Below, piece after piece: positions 27,596-38,416 of a stretch of DNA of 64,000 nucleotides. The stretch is from the NCBI GenBank assembly GCA_965217895.1, contig CBDCJV010000002.1, positions 2,176,001 through 2,240,000 on the forward strand. The letters run 5' to 3'. The position numbers and the translations under genes are program-made. How positions within the stretch are numbered: the first letter of the stretch is position 1; each line of letters opens with the position of its first letter. This DNA comes from Waterburya sp. (GTDB lineage Bacteria > Cyanobacteriota > Cyanobacteriia > Cyanobacteriales > Xenococcaceae). Below the pieces are notes generated by a model. It was given only the letters and a program-made list of their open reading frames with translations, had not been told where the DNA came from and made no database searches.

Positions 27596-29506
27596 TCAAA
27601 AAGGGTAAAACAAAGGAGTTAGACTAACTGTAATCAGCCAAAATAAAATATTTAGAGGAATTCCAACGCGCATAAAATCGGTAAACTTATAGCCTCCCGG
27701 GCCGTATACCATCAGATTGGTTTGGTAGCCAATAGGAGTAGAAAAGCTAGCAGAGGCAGCGATCATAATAGCGATCGCAAAAGGCAAAAAGCTAACGTTT
27801 AAGCTCTCAGACAAAGCAAGAGCAATAGGAAAAATCAAGGCTGCTGCTGCGTTATTGGTAATTGCTTCTGTCAGAATGTTGGTAACGGCATAAATTATCG
27901 CTAAAGCTAGCCAGGGATTGTCTCCTGCAAAGGTAACAAGACCAGAGGCGATCGCTCCTGCTGCCCCCGTAGACTCTAGTGCTTTGCCGATGCTTAAAGC
28001 TGCACCGATTACTAGTAATACCGACCATTCAATATTTCCTAAAGCTCTAATTGAAGAACAACAGCCCGTTAAGATCATTGCTACTGAAGCCAAGATTGCC
28101 GCCTTGAGCATACTCATCAAGCCTACAGCAGTCAGTAAAACCATAACCGCTAGAATAGCAACCGCCAGAGTCGCTTTTTCGTGACGCAGAGGCTCAGAAT
28201 CAGGAATACCGTTAACTAAATAAAAGTCATTAGATATGCGCTGTTGAGCTAAAAAATTGGCATTGGCTTCGAGCAATAAAGTATCTCCAGGTCGCAGACG
28301 TATACTACCTATTTTGCCTCGCAAACGTTCGCCGTTACGGGCTACAGCTAAGACTACAGCCTTGTACTGAGTTCTAAATTTACCTTCGCGAATAGTTCGA
28401 CCCACTAGCGGACAAGTATTTGACACCACTGCTTCAATTAAACAACGCTCTGAGCGCGGGGTATCAAGCTTAAATACTTCGTCCGTATCAGGTTGCAGTC
28501 CCCTGAGGCGATGTAAATCGACGATGGAATCAATCATGCCAATAAATGCCAGGCGATCGCCGTCCCGCAAGATTTCTTTGGGGCTAACTGCGGGGATAAC
28601 GATTTGATTGCGCATAATCTCAACTAAATATAGCCCTGGTAAGTGCCTTAAGCCAGCATCTTCAATGCTCTTGCCAGCTAAGGGGCTATGATCAGAAACC
28701 ACCATTTCTACGGTGTACTGGCGTACATCATCGGTTTCACTAATTACAGGCTGACGATCGGGTAAGACCCAAGGATGAGCAAAAAATAAATAAATCATCC
28801 CAGCGATCGCGCAGGGTAATCCGACTACCGCTAAATCAAACAACTTCAAGCCAGGTAAATCTGTCGCCGATATTAACAAGCCATTAACTACTAAATTGGT
28901 ACTCGTGCCAATCAAAGTGCAAATGCCTCCAAATATGGCTGCATAACTCAAGGGAATCATTAATTTAGAAGGACTAATCCGCAGTTTTTTTGACCAATTA
29001 CTCACCACAGGAATAAACATCGCCACTACGGGAGTATTATTGAGAAACGCACTCATACCCATTACAGGAGTCATCAAGCGCAACAGAGCAGCATTTTGTC
29101 CTTTAGGCAGTCCTAAAACTCTTTGAGAAATCCAGTTTAAACCTCCCGTTTGCGATAAACCTGTAACTACAATATAAAGTACGGCTACAGTAATCATTCC
29201 TGGATTGCTAAAGCCAGCTAAAGCATCTGACTCTGTCAAGATACCGCTAACATATAAAACTGCCGTACCACCTAAAAAAATAACTTCGGCAGGCAAAGTT
29301 GCGATCGCATTAAGCAGAAAGACACCTAGAGTGACGGCAATTGTTGCCCATCCTTGCCAAGAAAGCTCGAAATTAGAGGCAAAATCCGCAGTAAATAGAG
29401 CAATTGCACAGGAGGTAATAAAACCCACTAATGCTAACAAAAATAGTTGTTTACGAGTGCTATAGGCGGAAATACGGCGAGAAAATTGTCGCGTCTCCAT
29501 GCTCAA
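27596..29506 (-). CDS. SLC13/DASS permease with two TrkA-C domains (Sac1-like)
   Basis: SAFLNNTPVVA, GTSTNLVV, TPIGYQTN.MVYGPGGY; central RCK_C domains. Confidence 0.88.
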   Translation of the reverse strand: MSMETRQFSRRISAYSTRKQLFLLALVGFITSCAIALFTADFASNFELSWQGWATIAVTLGVFLLNAIATLPAEVIFLGGTAVLYVSGILTESDALAGFSNPGMITVAVLYIVVTGLSQTGGLNWISQRVLGLPKGQNAALLRLMTPVMGMSAFLNNTPVVAMFIPVVSNWSKKLRISPSKLMIPLSYAAIFGGICTLIGTSTNLVVNGLLISATDLPGLKLFDLAVVGLPCAIAGMIYLFFAHPWVLPDRQPVISETDDVRQYTVEMVVSDHSPLAGKSIEDAGLRHLPGLYLVEIMRNQIVIPAVSPKEILRDGDRLAFIGMIDSIVDLHRLRGLQPDTDEVFKLDTPRSERCLIEAVVSNTCPLVGRTIREGKFRTQYKAVVLAVARNGERLRGKIGSIRLRPGDTLLLEANANFLAQQRISNDFYLVNGIPDSEPLRHEKATLAVAILAVMVLLTAVGLMSMLKAAILASVAMILTGCCSSIRALGNIEWSVLLVIGAALSIGKALESTGAAGAIASGLVTFAGDNPWLALAIIYAVTNILTEAITNNAAAALIFPIALALSESLNVSFLPFAIAIMIAASASFSTPIGYQTNLMVYGPGGYKFTDFMRVGIPLNILFWLITVSLTPLFYPF

Positions 29507-29653
29507 TCCTCTAGAGATATTATTTTCTCAGTTAGTGTATCACGAATAAATCTTAAACGTTTTAAAATGCAATTAAATACTCATCCTACTTTATTTCTAA
29601 ATTAATCGCCTCAAAATAATCCTTAATTTGACTAACGCGTGTAGTAATTAAAT

Positions 29654-30442
29654 ATGAGCAAATCAACTGTAGAATCTGAAAAATTAGAGATGATTGAATA
29701 TCTAACGCAAAAAAATTTTTTGTTTAAAGATTTAGATCGATCGTGGCTAGCCGAACAAATCGCTTCACAACAGCTTGTTGTCGAAAAATTATACTCTAGT
29801 CGCCCTGTATATACGGCATTTCGCCCTGATACATCTTTAGAATATTTATATGCGGTAATTCAAGGCGGACCAATTGTTATCCGCTCTACTCCTTTAGATC
29901 GTATTATCGCCCTAACCTATGCCAATAGCTGTTTTGGAATGCAAAATCTGGCTTTGAGCTATGGTAATTTCTCCAGTGGTTTTCCTAGTTTAGTAGAGGC
30001 TTATAAAACGGCAGACGTGGTTAAAATTCCGATTGAGGTTATTAAATCAATACATCAAGAATCTGAAATATTTCGTCAGCGTTATGGGCTAATGTTTGAA
30101 TTGCAGGAAAAATTTCAATATCATTTGCTTAATTGCAGCACCTATCCTCCTCAAGCGGTGGCAGCTTTATTGAGAGCTTTGATTTATCAAGAGAGAGAGC
30201 TAGGTAATCAACCTCAAGCTAATGGAGTATTTGTTTTTGATTTGCCTGTAGATGTGATTGCCAAAGCTTGCCAACTAAATAATCGCACTGTAGAACAAGT
30301 TTTAAAAGGAATGACAAAAGTTGGGTTGCTTAAATCTCAAAAAGGTTCTCAAGGTGATTTACTAAGTGTAGTTAATCCAGAGGAATTGAAGGTGGTCTAT
30401 GGGGCAACTCGCGATAAAGTTGCCTGGTGGCCCTTGCGTTAA
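29654..30442 (+). CDS. Crp/Fnr family transcriptional regulator
   Basis: cNMP-like beta region, then HTH LPVDVIAKACQLNNRTVEQVLKGM. Confidence 0.7.
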   Translation: MSKSTVESEKLEMIEYLTQKNFLFKDLDRSWLAEQIASQQLVVEKLYSSRPVYTAFRPDTSLEYLYAVIQGGPIVIRSTPLDRIIALTYANSCFGMQNLALSYGNFSSGFPSLVEAYKTADVVKIPIEVIKSIHQESEIFRQRYGLMFELQEKFQYHLLNCSTYPPQAVAALLRALIYQERELGNQPQANGVFVFDLPVDVIAKACQLNNRTVEQVLKGMTKVGLLKSQKGSQGDLLSVVNPEELKVVYGATRDKVAWWPLR

Positions 30443-30859
30443 CTATAGTTTATTTCAATATTGCTTTGGCTTTAATGGCAAAAAATTTAGCACGACTAAG
30501 CTGATAGGCGATCGCATTTTTTGGCAGCATCTTTAATATGGATTATCTTATGGCGATCGCTTATAAATCTCTAGAACTTTTGTTAGCTTTCTAAACCGTC
30601 AAGAAATTTGTCGTTTTTTTCAGAGGCAATCGTTTTAGAATCAATTAAAAGGTTATTAAAGGCGATTTCGCTCAATTTGTTAATAAGTCACCTGATATAT
30701 TATCAAATGTCATTTCATTAGTAAATTTGACTAGACTAAAGAAAGATGAAAATAATCTGTTTATTTTGTAACTTTATAATTACTGTATCAAATCTAAACT
30801 TTATACGGATTTTATATATACAAAAAGTATAACTATATAAATTAATCAATTAGATTACA

Positions 30860-32443
30860 ATGCGAGAGGCTCAAACTCTACTAGATAATCGCTATTCCAT
30901 TTTACATATAGAACGTACCAGTAATTTTAGTAAGGTTTTTTTTGCTTTAGATACTTACCAAAATCCACCACGTAGTTGTGTAATTAAAATACTTCAACCG
31001 ATTGTCCAAAAACCACAGGTTGCTCAATGGATACAAGAGGAATTTCAAAAGGAGGCAAACCATCTCAAACAATTAAGCTTGTGTAATCCTTGTCTTCCTC
31101 AAATTTATACCTATTCAAAAGATTCTTTAGGCTATTATCTAGTTCGAGAATTAATTGAAGGCATAACTTTAAAAGAACAAGTTGAGACCAAGGGTAAGCT
31201 ATCTGCTATAGAGGTTAGACAGATATTAGTCAAACTTTTAAAAGTGTTGAACTATCTGCACAAAAGAAAAGTAATTCACCAAAACATTAAACCTAAAAAT
31301 ATCATTTTACGTGACAACGATCATCTGCCAATGTTGATCAACTTTGGCAGTATTAGGCAGATAGTCACGACCTTTGATTTTTGTGGAGATAGGCAAATAT
31401 TCTCTTCTAACAATGTTTATGGTTATATTCCCTCAGAACAAGCTTTGGGACAGTCTGTACCTGCTAGTGATTTATATAGCTTAGGATTGACGGCAGTTTA
31501 TTTATTGACGGCTAAAAATCCTTTGGATTTGCATATCGATTTAAATTATGGCAACTTTGAAATGCCTTTAGAAATAAGTCATACAGATCCTGAGTTAGCA
31601 GCAATTCTTGCCCGTGCTATTAGTTTAAACTCAAGCGATCGCTATAGTTCGGCTCAAGAAATGCTCGATGCTTTGCTGCAAATAAAATCTCAGCCATCTC
31701 TAGACAAGGACAAGCCAGAAAATTCCGAAATTTCATACCTTAACCTTGATACACCGTCGTCAAAGCCTGAAGGCTCATTTTCGACTTCCAAAGCCGTAGC
31801 CGTCGAGCGAGCAAACAAATACGATTTTAGTTGGTGGAAAATCATCATTTACATTCTCAGCAGTTTGTATTTTTTAGGTGCAGGCATAATTGCTTTATAT
31901 GACTGGAATTCAAGCCAAAATACTTTTATTCCTCAATTGCCTGAACCATCGATACCATTCCCCTCTACTTTAAGCGATCCAACTAAAGCAGTCAGTAAAA
32001 AGCCATCTATGCTTCATAGCCAATCAAAAGATTTAGTTGAAGTACCTATTTTTGCTACAGGAACTCAAAAAAAGCAGTTAAGAAAAGTTTTGGGAGAACC
32101 TAACGCTATTCAAAAAGGATACTGGCAAAACAGTAGTGCCTGGATTTATAAAGGTAGGGGTAATGGCTTAATAGACATGGGTTATTTGTTCGATCTCAAT
32201 ACCAATAAATTGCGACAAACCGAAGTGGCAATTTCACCCGCTGTAGGTTTAGGAACAACCAGCGAAATTTTGAGCAGTTTGCTTCAGGGTAATATTACGC
32301 CATCGGTAAACCAAGGTTTAAAAAAAATATATCAACGTCAGGCAAAGGATTATTCGTTTAGGCTGGGAGATTTATCAGGAAGTATTGAAAGGGATAAAGA
32401 TGACAATATTTATTTAGGAGTGTGGGAGTCCGATTTCCACTAA
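30860..32443 (+). CDS. Hanks-type Ser/Thr kinase-fold membrane protein with degenerate catalytic motifs
   Basis: CVIK, HQNIKPKN, INFG, ASDLYSLG, DRYSSA, one TM helix and a C-terminal domain. Confidence 0.85.
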   Translation: MREAQTLLDNRYSILHIERTSNFSKVFFALDTYQNPPRSCVIKILQPIVQKPQVAQWIQEEFQKEANHLKQLSLCNPCLPQIYTYSKDSLGYYLVRELIEGITLKEQVETKGKLSAIEVRQILVKLLKVLNYLHKRKVIHQNIKPKNIILRDNDHLPMLINFGSIRQIVTTFDFCGDRQIFSSNNVYGYIPSEQALGQSVPASDLYSLGLTAVYLLTAKNPLDLHIDLNYGNFEMPLEISHTDPELAAILARAISLNSSDRYSSAQEMLDALLQIKSQPSLDKDKPENSEISYLNLDTPSSKPEGSFSTSKAVAVERANKYDFSWWKIIIYILSSLYFLGAGIIALYDWNSSQNTFIPQLPEPSIPFPSTLSDPTKAVSKKPSMLHSQSKDLVEVPIFATGTQKKQLRKVLGEPNAIQKGYWQNSSAWIYKGRGNGLIDMGYLFDLNTNKLRQTEVAISPAVGLGTTSEILSSLLQGNITPSVNQGLKKIYQRQAKDYSFRLGDLSGSIERDKDDNIYLGVWESDFH

Positions 32444-32484
32444 ACTAGATCTCAAATCAAAATTATAAAAATAAATATATAGAA

Positions 32485-32982
32485 ATGAAGTTGATTTCAA
32501 AATTATTTAATCAGTTAGCGATTTTTACTATATTAATTGCTGTTACACCTATGGCGATCGCCGAGCAGTCAGCTAAAAAAACTGATAGTGACTATTTAAA
32601 TAGTATCTTACCAGAGGCAGAAAGAATTCAAAAACAATATGGTATTCCTCTCGATCTAACTCTAGCGATCGCCCGTCAAGAAAGTGGTAACGGAGAATAT
32701 GTAATTGGCAAGGGAAACCACTTTGGTCTAAGGTGCGATAGTGATGATTGTATAACCTTGGAAAAAAATGGTCAGATGATTAACTATGAAACTTGTCCTG
32801 ATGTTTCTGAGTGCTTTAATATTTTTGCCGAAAGTATCAAAGCTATAGCTGGCGATAAACCGATTACACTTACCAGACTATATGAAAATGGTTATGCTAC
32901 CAGTCCTACCTGGGTAGAAAGAGTGAATACAATTCAAAAAGAGGTGCAGCAAACTTTATCAGCAGCAGGTATTAAATACTAA
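32485..32982 (+). CDS. Secreted GH73-like (glucosaminidase / FlgJ-type) peptidoglycan hydrolase
   Basis: Signal peptide; YGIP...AIARQESG.G, NHFG, GYATSP.W. Confidence 0.75.
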   Translation: MKLISKLFNQLAIFTILIAVTPMAIAEQSAKKTDSDYLNSILPEAERIQKQYGIPLDLTLAIARQESGNGEYVIGKGNHFGLRCDSDDCITLEKNGQMINYETCPDVSECFNIFAESIKAIAGDKPITLTRLYENGYATSPTWVERVNTIQKEVQQTLSAAGIKY

Positions 32983-33036
32983 GCAATAGCTTAGATTATT
33001 TGTTCACCAGGTTTCTAGCTTGTAATGTTTGAGCTT

Positions 33037-33789
33037 CTAAAATAGCCATTCCAAATTAATTCCAGCACGATTATCGTTGTTTTCTATGGAGTTTTGCCAT
33101 TCTAAATCTGTAGATAAGCGCAGTTTGGAAGTAACGGCATAGCCAACAGATAGTGAAGTTATACCCACTTCTGTATCACTTCCTGGAGAAATAAAGCTTT
33201 GTGATAAAGAAATATCTCCTGCACCAGTGCGAGAAAGAGCCAGCATTAACCTTAAACCAATGTGCAAACCATCGGTATTAAAGTCGTTGCTCTGCACATA
33301 ACGATAGCCAAGCAGCGGCGCAAAATTAATATAGCTACCTAAAGGGAATAAAAAATAATCTAAGTCTGCACCAAAAGCATTGCGATCGCCATTAAATGCT
33401 GATTGATAGTCGGCACTAAAGGTTAAGCCAGTACGACCAATAAATATATCTTCAATACCAATATTAATTCCTCCTGCATCATTATTAGAAGGAAAAGTAG
33501 TAAAACCTAAACGAAAGCGAGTATCAAAACTCGGATCGTGGCGAATATCCTTTAGTACATCAGGAACTTTTATGAGCCAGCGTTGTAGAGTCGGACTTTC
33601 TTTGAGAACCTTGGCGGGAATATCCAGCTTGTCGCTAACGGTATTAGTCGGAATTTTAGACTCTTGAGCCAAAAGAGGAAGGTTGGCAATGCCAACTAAA
33701 GCAACTTGCCAACCAATCTGAATAGATAATAGCTTTAAGAAATAATTGACGTTCAAAGATATACCTTGAGTTTTTTTACGCCAATCCAT
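33037..33789 (-). CDS. Hypothetical protein, possible outer-membrane beta-barrel
   Basis: Alternating beta-strand pattern and C-terminal aromatic residue (NLEWLF). Confidence 0.55.
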   Translation of the reverse strand: MDWRKKTQGISLNVNYFLKLLSIQIGWQVALVGIANLPLLAQESKIPTNTVSDKLDIPAKVLKESPTLQRWLIKVPDVLKDIRHDPSFDTRFRLGFTTFPSNNDAGGINIGIEDIFIGRTGLTFSADYQSAFNGDRNAFGADLDYFLFPLGSYINFAPLLGYRYVQSNDFNTDGLHIGLRLMLALSRTGAGDISLSQSFISPGSDTEVGITSLSVGYAVTSKLRLSTDLEWQNSIENNDNRAGINLEWLF

Positions 33790-33819
33790 CTTAAATCACT
33801 AGATAACGCAATGATGCCA

Positions 33820-34230
33820 CTATTTTTCTGGAGCAAATTCTAGAGATACACCATTCATACAGTAACGTAAACCAGTAGGCTTAGGGCCATCATTAAATAC
33901 ATGACCCAAATGACCACCACAACGACTACAGTGGACTTCTGTTCTAGTCATAAATAAAGAGCGATCGCTTTTTGTATCAATCGCCTCTTCTAGTGGCTGA
34001 TAAAAACTAGGCCATCCTGTACCGCTATCAAATTTGGTATCAGCACTAAATAGAGGTTGACCACAGCCAGCACAGAGATAAGTCCCCTCATCATAGACTT
34101 TATCTAAAGAACTTGTTCCTGCTCTTTCTGTACCGTGTTTGCGTAATACTTTAAACTGCTCTGGAGTTAGGGTTTCTTTCCACTCCTGCTCGGTTTTTTG
34201 AATTTCGTATTGATTTTCGGATGTTGTCAT
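33820..34230 (-). CDS. msrB: Methionine-R-sulfoxide reductase
   Basis: [41 protein letters not shown] at 34230. Confidence 0.96.
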   Translation of the reverse strand: MTTSENQYEIQKTEQEWKETLTPEQFKVLRKHGTERAGTSSLDKVYDEGTYLCAGCGQPLFSADTKFDSGTGWPSFYQPLEEAIDTKSDRSLFMTRTEVHCSRCGGHLGHVFNDGPKPTGLRYCMNGVSLEFAPEK

Positions 34231-34595
34231 AATTAGTAAATTAATAATTGTAAAGAATCCCCAACTATATTTTAATTGGAAATATAGCTTTTCAAGCAAA
34301 TTACGACAGTGGTGATTATAGTATTAGTAGCTAATTTGTCATCTAGCACCAGGCATTTTATAACAACAGCCTACGGCACAGCTTTTGCTAATCGAGATAA
34401 TCTGTGACTCAGCCAGTAACGTAAATTGTTATGTTTCGTAAGAATTTATGGCTAGGTAGGTTTGATAAACTGGACAGTGAAGTTGAATAGCTAGTATTTT
34501 TTTATCTAGCCATAAACTAACTATATAAGAAAACTGCCTTTGGTATTTTCTTATCGAAAACAAAATAAAATTTATTTTCAGGAGACTAATCAATT

Positions 34596-34928
34596 ATGGT
34601 TCAACGAGGGTCTACAGTCAGAATTCTTCGTCCAGAATCCTATTGGTATAATGAAGTTGGCTCAGTAGCATCGGTAGATACAAGCGGTATTCGTTACCCT
34701 GTAGTCGTACGCTTTGAGAAAGTTAACTATGCTGGCGTGAATACCAATAACTTTGCAGAAGCAGAAGTCAAGGAAGTATCTGCTCCTCCCAAAAAAGCTG
34801 CTAAAAAAGCACCGGCTGGGAAGAAAGCACCGGCTGAGAAGAAAATACCCGCTGAGGAGAAAGCACCTGCTGCCAAACAAGATCCAGCACCAGCTAAAGA
34901 TAAAGAACCTGAGTCAGGTGCAGGCTAA
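34596..34928 (+). CDS. psaE: Photosystem I subunit IV with C-terminal Lys/Ala/Pro extension
   Basis: [18 protein letters not shown]...[15 protein letters not shown]. Confidence 0.96.
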   Translation: MVQRGSTVRILRPESYWYNEVGSVASVDTSGIRYPVVVRFEKVNYAGVNTNNFAEAEVKEVSAPPKKAAKKAPAGKKAPAEKKIPAEEKAPAAKQDPAPAKDKEPESGAG

Positions 34929-35007
34929 ATAAATATATTTCTAGAAATACTTTTCCTAGAAATATACTTGCTCAATCAAGCGTGATTATTATACTTTGTC
35001 CTAATCT

Positions 35008-35046
35008 AATCCCTCAGTATTAAATTGTTCTGAGGGATTGTTTTTT
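35008..35046 (+). terminator. Terminator after psaE
   Basis: aatccctcag/ctgagggatt stem followed by a T-run. Confidence 0.75.
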
Positions 35047-35091
35047 GGCTAACAATCGCGACTGTTGCTATAAGAACATGACTATCTATCT

Positions 35092-36687
35092 ATGAGTAAT
35101 CGAGATTTATTTGCTCGCGAGGCATTGGCGCAGATTCCTAAAATTCTGACTTTGTTAGATCGCAATCATCATAGCCCTACCTATGGTTGTTTTGATCGCA
35201 CTTTTTGGCAGTATAAGGTAATTGATTTTCCTGCGGGGATGTCACAGGAATTCGTCTACCCTTTGGCTTTGGCATATTACTGTAATCTAAACGGCAACAT
35301 TTTTTATCAACAGCCAGCTATTAAAGAGTGGGTGGAAGCAGGTATTGTTTATGCAGCCAGGAGTAGCCATTCTAACGGTTCATGTGATGATTACTTTCCT
35401 TACGAAAGGGCAGCGGGGGCAGCAGCTTTTTCTTTGTTTGCCTGTATTGAAAGCTATAAATTAATGGGTTTAGATAACCCTGAAATACTCAAGTTCTTTT
35501 GTAGACGGGCAGACTGGTTAGCAAAACATCAAGAAAGCGGACGTTTAACTAATCATCAGGCTTTAATTGTCTTGTGCTTGGAGTCTTTAGGTAATCTGCT
35601 TAAAATAGATCGCTGGGATGTATATAAACAAGAACGTTTAGAACAGGTGCTAGCTTGGCAAAACCCTGAAGGCTGGTTTATTGAATACGAGGGTTGCGAT
35701 CCTGGATATCATACTTTGACTATTTCCTGTTTGGCGCGGATATATGAGCTTAATCCAAGTGACCAACTTAAAAGAGCGATCGCCTTGGCAGTCAAACTTG
35801 CAGCCCAATTTGTTCATCCTGATGGTTCTTATGGGGGAGAATATACTAGTCGCAACACCTACAATTTTTTTCCTCATGGCTTTGAGTTGGTAGGTAAATG
35901 GCTACCAGAAGCTTTAAATATTAACGATCGCTTTTTACAGGGACTTGCTCATGGTTTAGGCTCTTGTTATGCTGACGATCGCATTATTGGTCATCATACC
36001 TGGAATTATCTTTTGGCTTGGAGCGATTTTATTTCCACCCGCCCGCCTTTGCAGCCTCGTCCCCAAGGACGTATTTATCTTGAGCAAGGCGGTATTTTGA
36101 TTGATCGCCGTGACACAACTGAATTATATTTGGCTTTGAATAAAGGTGGTGTGTTTAAGCTATTTCGTGATGGTCAGTTGGTTGCTTCAGATACTCAGTT
36201 TTCTCTATTAGTCCAAAAAGGTAACAAGCTCAAAAATGCAGTGGCGCATTTGGTAGGCAATTACGAAATTGAGCTAGAAGCAAATCAAATTGCGATCGCT
36301 GGAAACTTGGGCTGGGCAAAGCAAAAGCAGATGAATTCTCTCAATTTGATTATTCTGCGCCTAGTTATGTTATCTCTGGGGCGGTTTTTTCCTAATCTAA
36401 TTCGTCGAATATTACAAAAAATCTTAATTACGGGTAAGACAGACGCACCTTTTAAGTTCTGCCGACGTTTATCTTGGCAAAACGGTTGCTGGTGCGTTGA
36501 GGATCGACTAACTGCGGAATCTTGGGCTAATGTCGTAGCAGCAGATATTGGTTGCGATCGCACTTCTATTTATGTGGTGATGAGCCGTACTTTCCAACCA
36601 GGACAACTGCAACCTGCTGTAGATTTAAGCGATCGGGTTAATAAATTAAATCCAAACGAACCACTTAATCTATCTAGAAATATCTAA
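35092..36687 (+). CDS. Hypothetical protein, probable (alpha/alpha) toroid fold
   Basis: 531-aa ORF with QNPEGWF.EY and HPDGSYGG repeats; function unknown. Confidence 0.6.
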   Translation: MSNRDLFAREALAQIPKILTLLDRNHHSPTYGCFDRTFWQYKVIDFPAGMSQEFVYPLALAYYCNLNGNIFYQQPAIKEWVEAGIVYAARSSHSNGSCDDYFPYERAAGAAAFSLFACIESYKLMGLDNPEILKFFCRRADWLAKHQESGRLTNHQALIVLCLESLGNLLKIDRWDVYKQERLEQVLAWQNPEGWFIEYEGCDPGYHTLTISCLARIYELNPSDQLKRAIALAVKLAAQFVHPDGSYGGEYTSRNTYNFFPHGFELVGKWLPEALNINDRFLQGLAHGLGSCYADDRIIGHHTWNYLLAWSDFISTRPPLQPRPQGRIYLEQGGILIDRRDTTELYLALNKGGVFKLFRDGQLVASDTQFSLLVQKGNKLKNAVAHLVGNYEIELEANQIAIAGNLGWAKQKQMNSLNLIILRLVMLSLGRFFPNLIRRILQKILITGKTDAPFKFCRRLSWQNGCWCVEDRLTAESWANVVAADIGCDRTSIYVVMSRTFQPGQLQPAVDLSDRVNKLNPNEPLNLSRNI

Positions 36688-37136
36688 AACAAATAATCAG
36701 ACTAATGGCTGAATTTTAGCTAGTCGTAAATAAATGTAATCTAATTTACCAAAACATAAAAATGTAATTTCTCATTTAAATTACATAGCTATTATTAGTT
36801 ATATTTAGGCATAGTTTTGCTATTTTTATGCTGCTTTTTGTATCTATTTTTTAGATCTAAAACAATATTAAATATTTCGATTTTTGCTGTTATAAATTAT
36901 TTAATAATAAGCATTAAAAGGAAAATATAAACTACTAATGAATTCAGCTAAATAGCTGATGCTTTATTACTATTATGTTAACTATAGTCTATTCATAGGA
37001 TCGAAAAAAGTTGCGTGTTCAACTACAGTTTAGATCAAAATCTAAGTAAAAATAAAGTTGAAAAAGCTTTTTTCTTTTTTATAAACCTATTTAAACTTAA
37101 AAGTTGCTAAAGTATACTGAATATAGAAATAACATT

Positions 37137-37634
37137 ATGGCAATGATTGACCAAACTAAATCTACCCTCACTTTAAGTTGGCTCAAAACCAAGCTAATCC
37201 ATTGCGAAAATGGCGTTATCATCGAAAATACCTGTTCTTGTAGTTTTGAAGGTATTCAAAGCTTTATTGAAAGTATCGAGCATAATTCCATGACTCCAGC
37301 TATTTACTATCAAGCTTTTCCCGAAGAAAGTGCAGATCAATTCTTAGATACTTTGAGAGAGGAATTAGCCTCTAAATTAGGAAATATTGAATTTAAATCC
37401 AATCAATCTTTATTAGATATCATCAAAGCAGCAGCCTTGAAAATGGTGATTATAGATCGAAGTCATCTTCATCCTTTAAACACCATCAATCACCTTTTAG
37501 ATTTCTTTGGTTACTGCAATGTTTCTTTAATTTTGGTTGGTTCTCGTAATAAATTGGAAATAGCTCAAATTTTGAGTAATCCTACTATTTCTCAATGGGA
37601 ACAATTTAGCGTGTGTGACAAATCTAAGGCGTGA
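37137..37634 (+). CDS. Degenerate AAA/TniB-like ATPase-fold protein
   Basis: Walker B-like MVIIDRSH and SLILVGS; no Walker A. Confidence 0.5.
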   Translation: MAMIDQTKSTLTLSWLKTKLIHCENGVIIENTCSCSFEGIQSFIESIEHNSMTPAIYYQAFPEESADQFLDTLREELASKLGNIEFKSNQSLLDIIKAAALKMVIIDRSHLHPLNTINHLLDFFGYCNVSLILVGSRNKLEIAQILSNPTISQWEQFSVCDKSKA

Positions 37635-37732
37635 TCTAAATTGCCCTAAAACAAGCTAATAAATTTCTTCTTCTGCTTCAAGATGAATTTTAAGCTAAAA
37701 GCGATCGCATATTTGATGGTTTTAGTAACGGA

Positions 37733-38416
37733 CTACTTAGCTATTATAATTTTTTTAATTTCCTGCTGGCAAATCCACCAAAAGTAAATCGTCAGGTTAA
37801 TTAAACCAATCAGCTTCGTCCCATCTTCTAGCATGGCATGAATACCTCGACTGTTAATAGGCGCAATATCGATCGCGCCAGAAAAGCCAAATAAACAAAA
37901 AGATGCCAGTAAGGGAATATAAGGAGTTCGACTGATTGTGCGACGAAACACCCGACCATAGGTAATGAGCAACAAACCATATAGAAGATATATGCTTAGC
38001 TTGACTAGTTTACAAGTTCCAAAAAAGGCGCACAAAATCAAAGTTAAACGAAAGCGATCGTCAATGTAGAGTAATAACATTAATAACGCACTAGCAAATA
38101 AAAAAATTTGAAAGCGACGGTTTGCAGGAGGTAATAAAAAAGCGGTAAAAAGGGTTATGGCGATCGCCGTACACCACATAAACTCAGAAACGCTGGTTAA
38201 CCAGCCTAGATAAAAAATCCCAAAATAAAAAGGATCGCCAAACAGACTTTCTATTCCTGCCCCTTTACTTTTAAGCTTGGCGTAGATACTAAGTAAGCTC
38301 AAAATTACAATAGTGATGGCATTCAACCAAATTAAAATGGGAATGCTGTTAAAGTGCTGCTGACTCTTACTTAGCCAAGATCTAAAAAATGGTAAAGAAG
38401 TAGATTTATCTTTCAT
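37733..38416 (-). CDS. Hypothetical membrane protein
   Basis: About 7 TM helices with IDDRF and LEDGTK motifs. Confidence 0.65.
   Translation of the reverse strand: MKDKSTSLPFFRSWLSKSQQHFNSIPILIWLNAITIVILSLLSIYAKLKSKGAGIESLFGDPFYFGIFYLGWLTSVSEFMWCTAIAITLFTAFLLPPANRRFQIFLFASALLMLLLYIDDRFRLTLILCAFFGTCKLVKLSIYLLYGLLLITYGRVFRRTISRTPYIPLLASFCLFGFSGAIDIAPINSRGIHAMLEDGTKLIGLINLTIYFWWICQQEIKKIIIAK

Noticed and set aside
34415..34450. HLR1/RpaB-like direct repeat upstream of psaE
   Set aside because: Plausible from context, but the match is too degenerate to call by eye.
37104..37634. CAST/Tn7 element suggested by the TniB-like ORF
   Set aside because: No TnsB, TniQ, Cas12k, array or transposon ends in the window.
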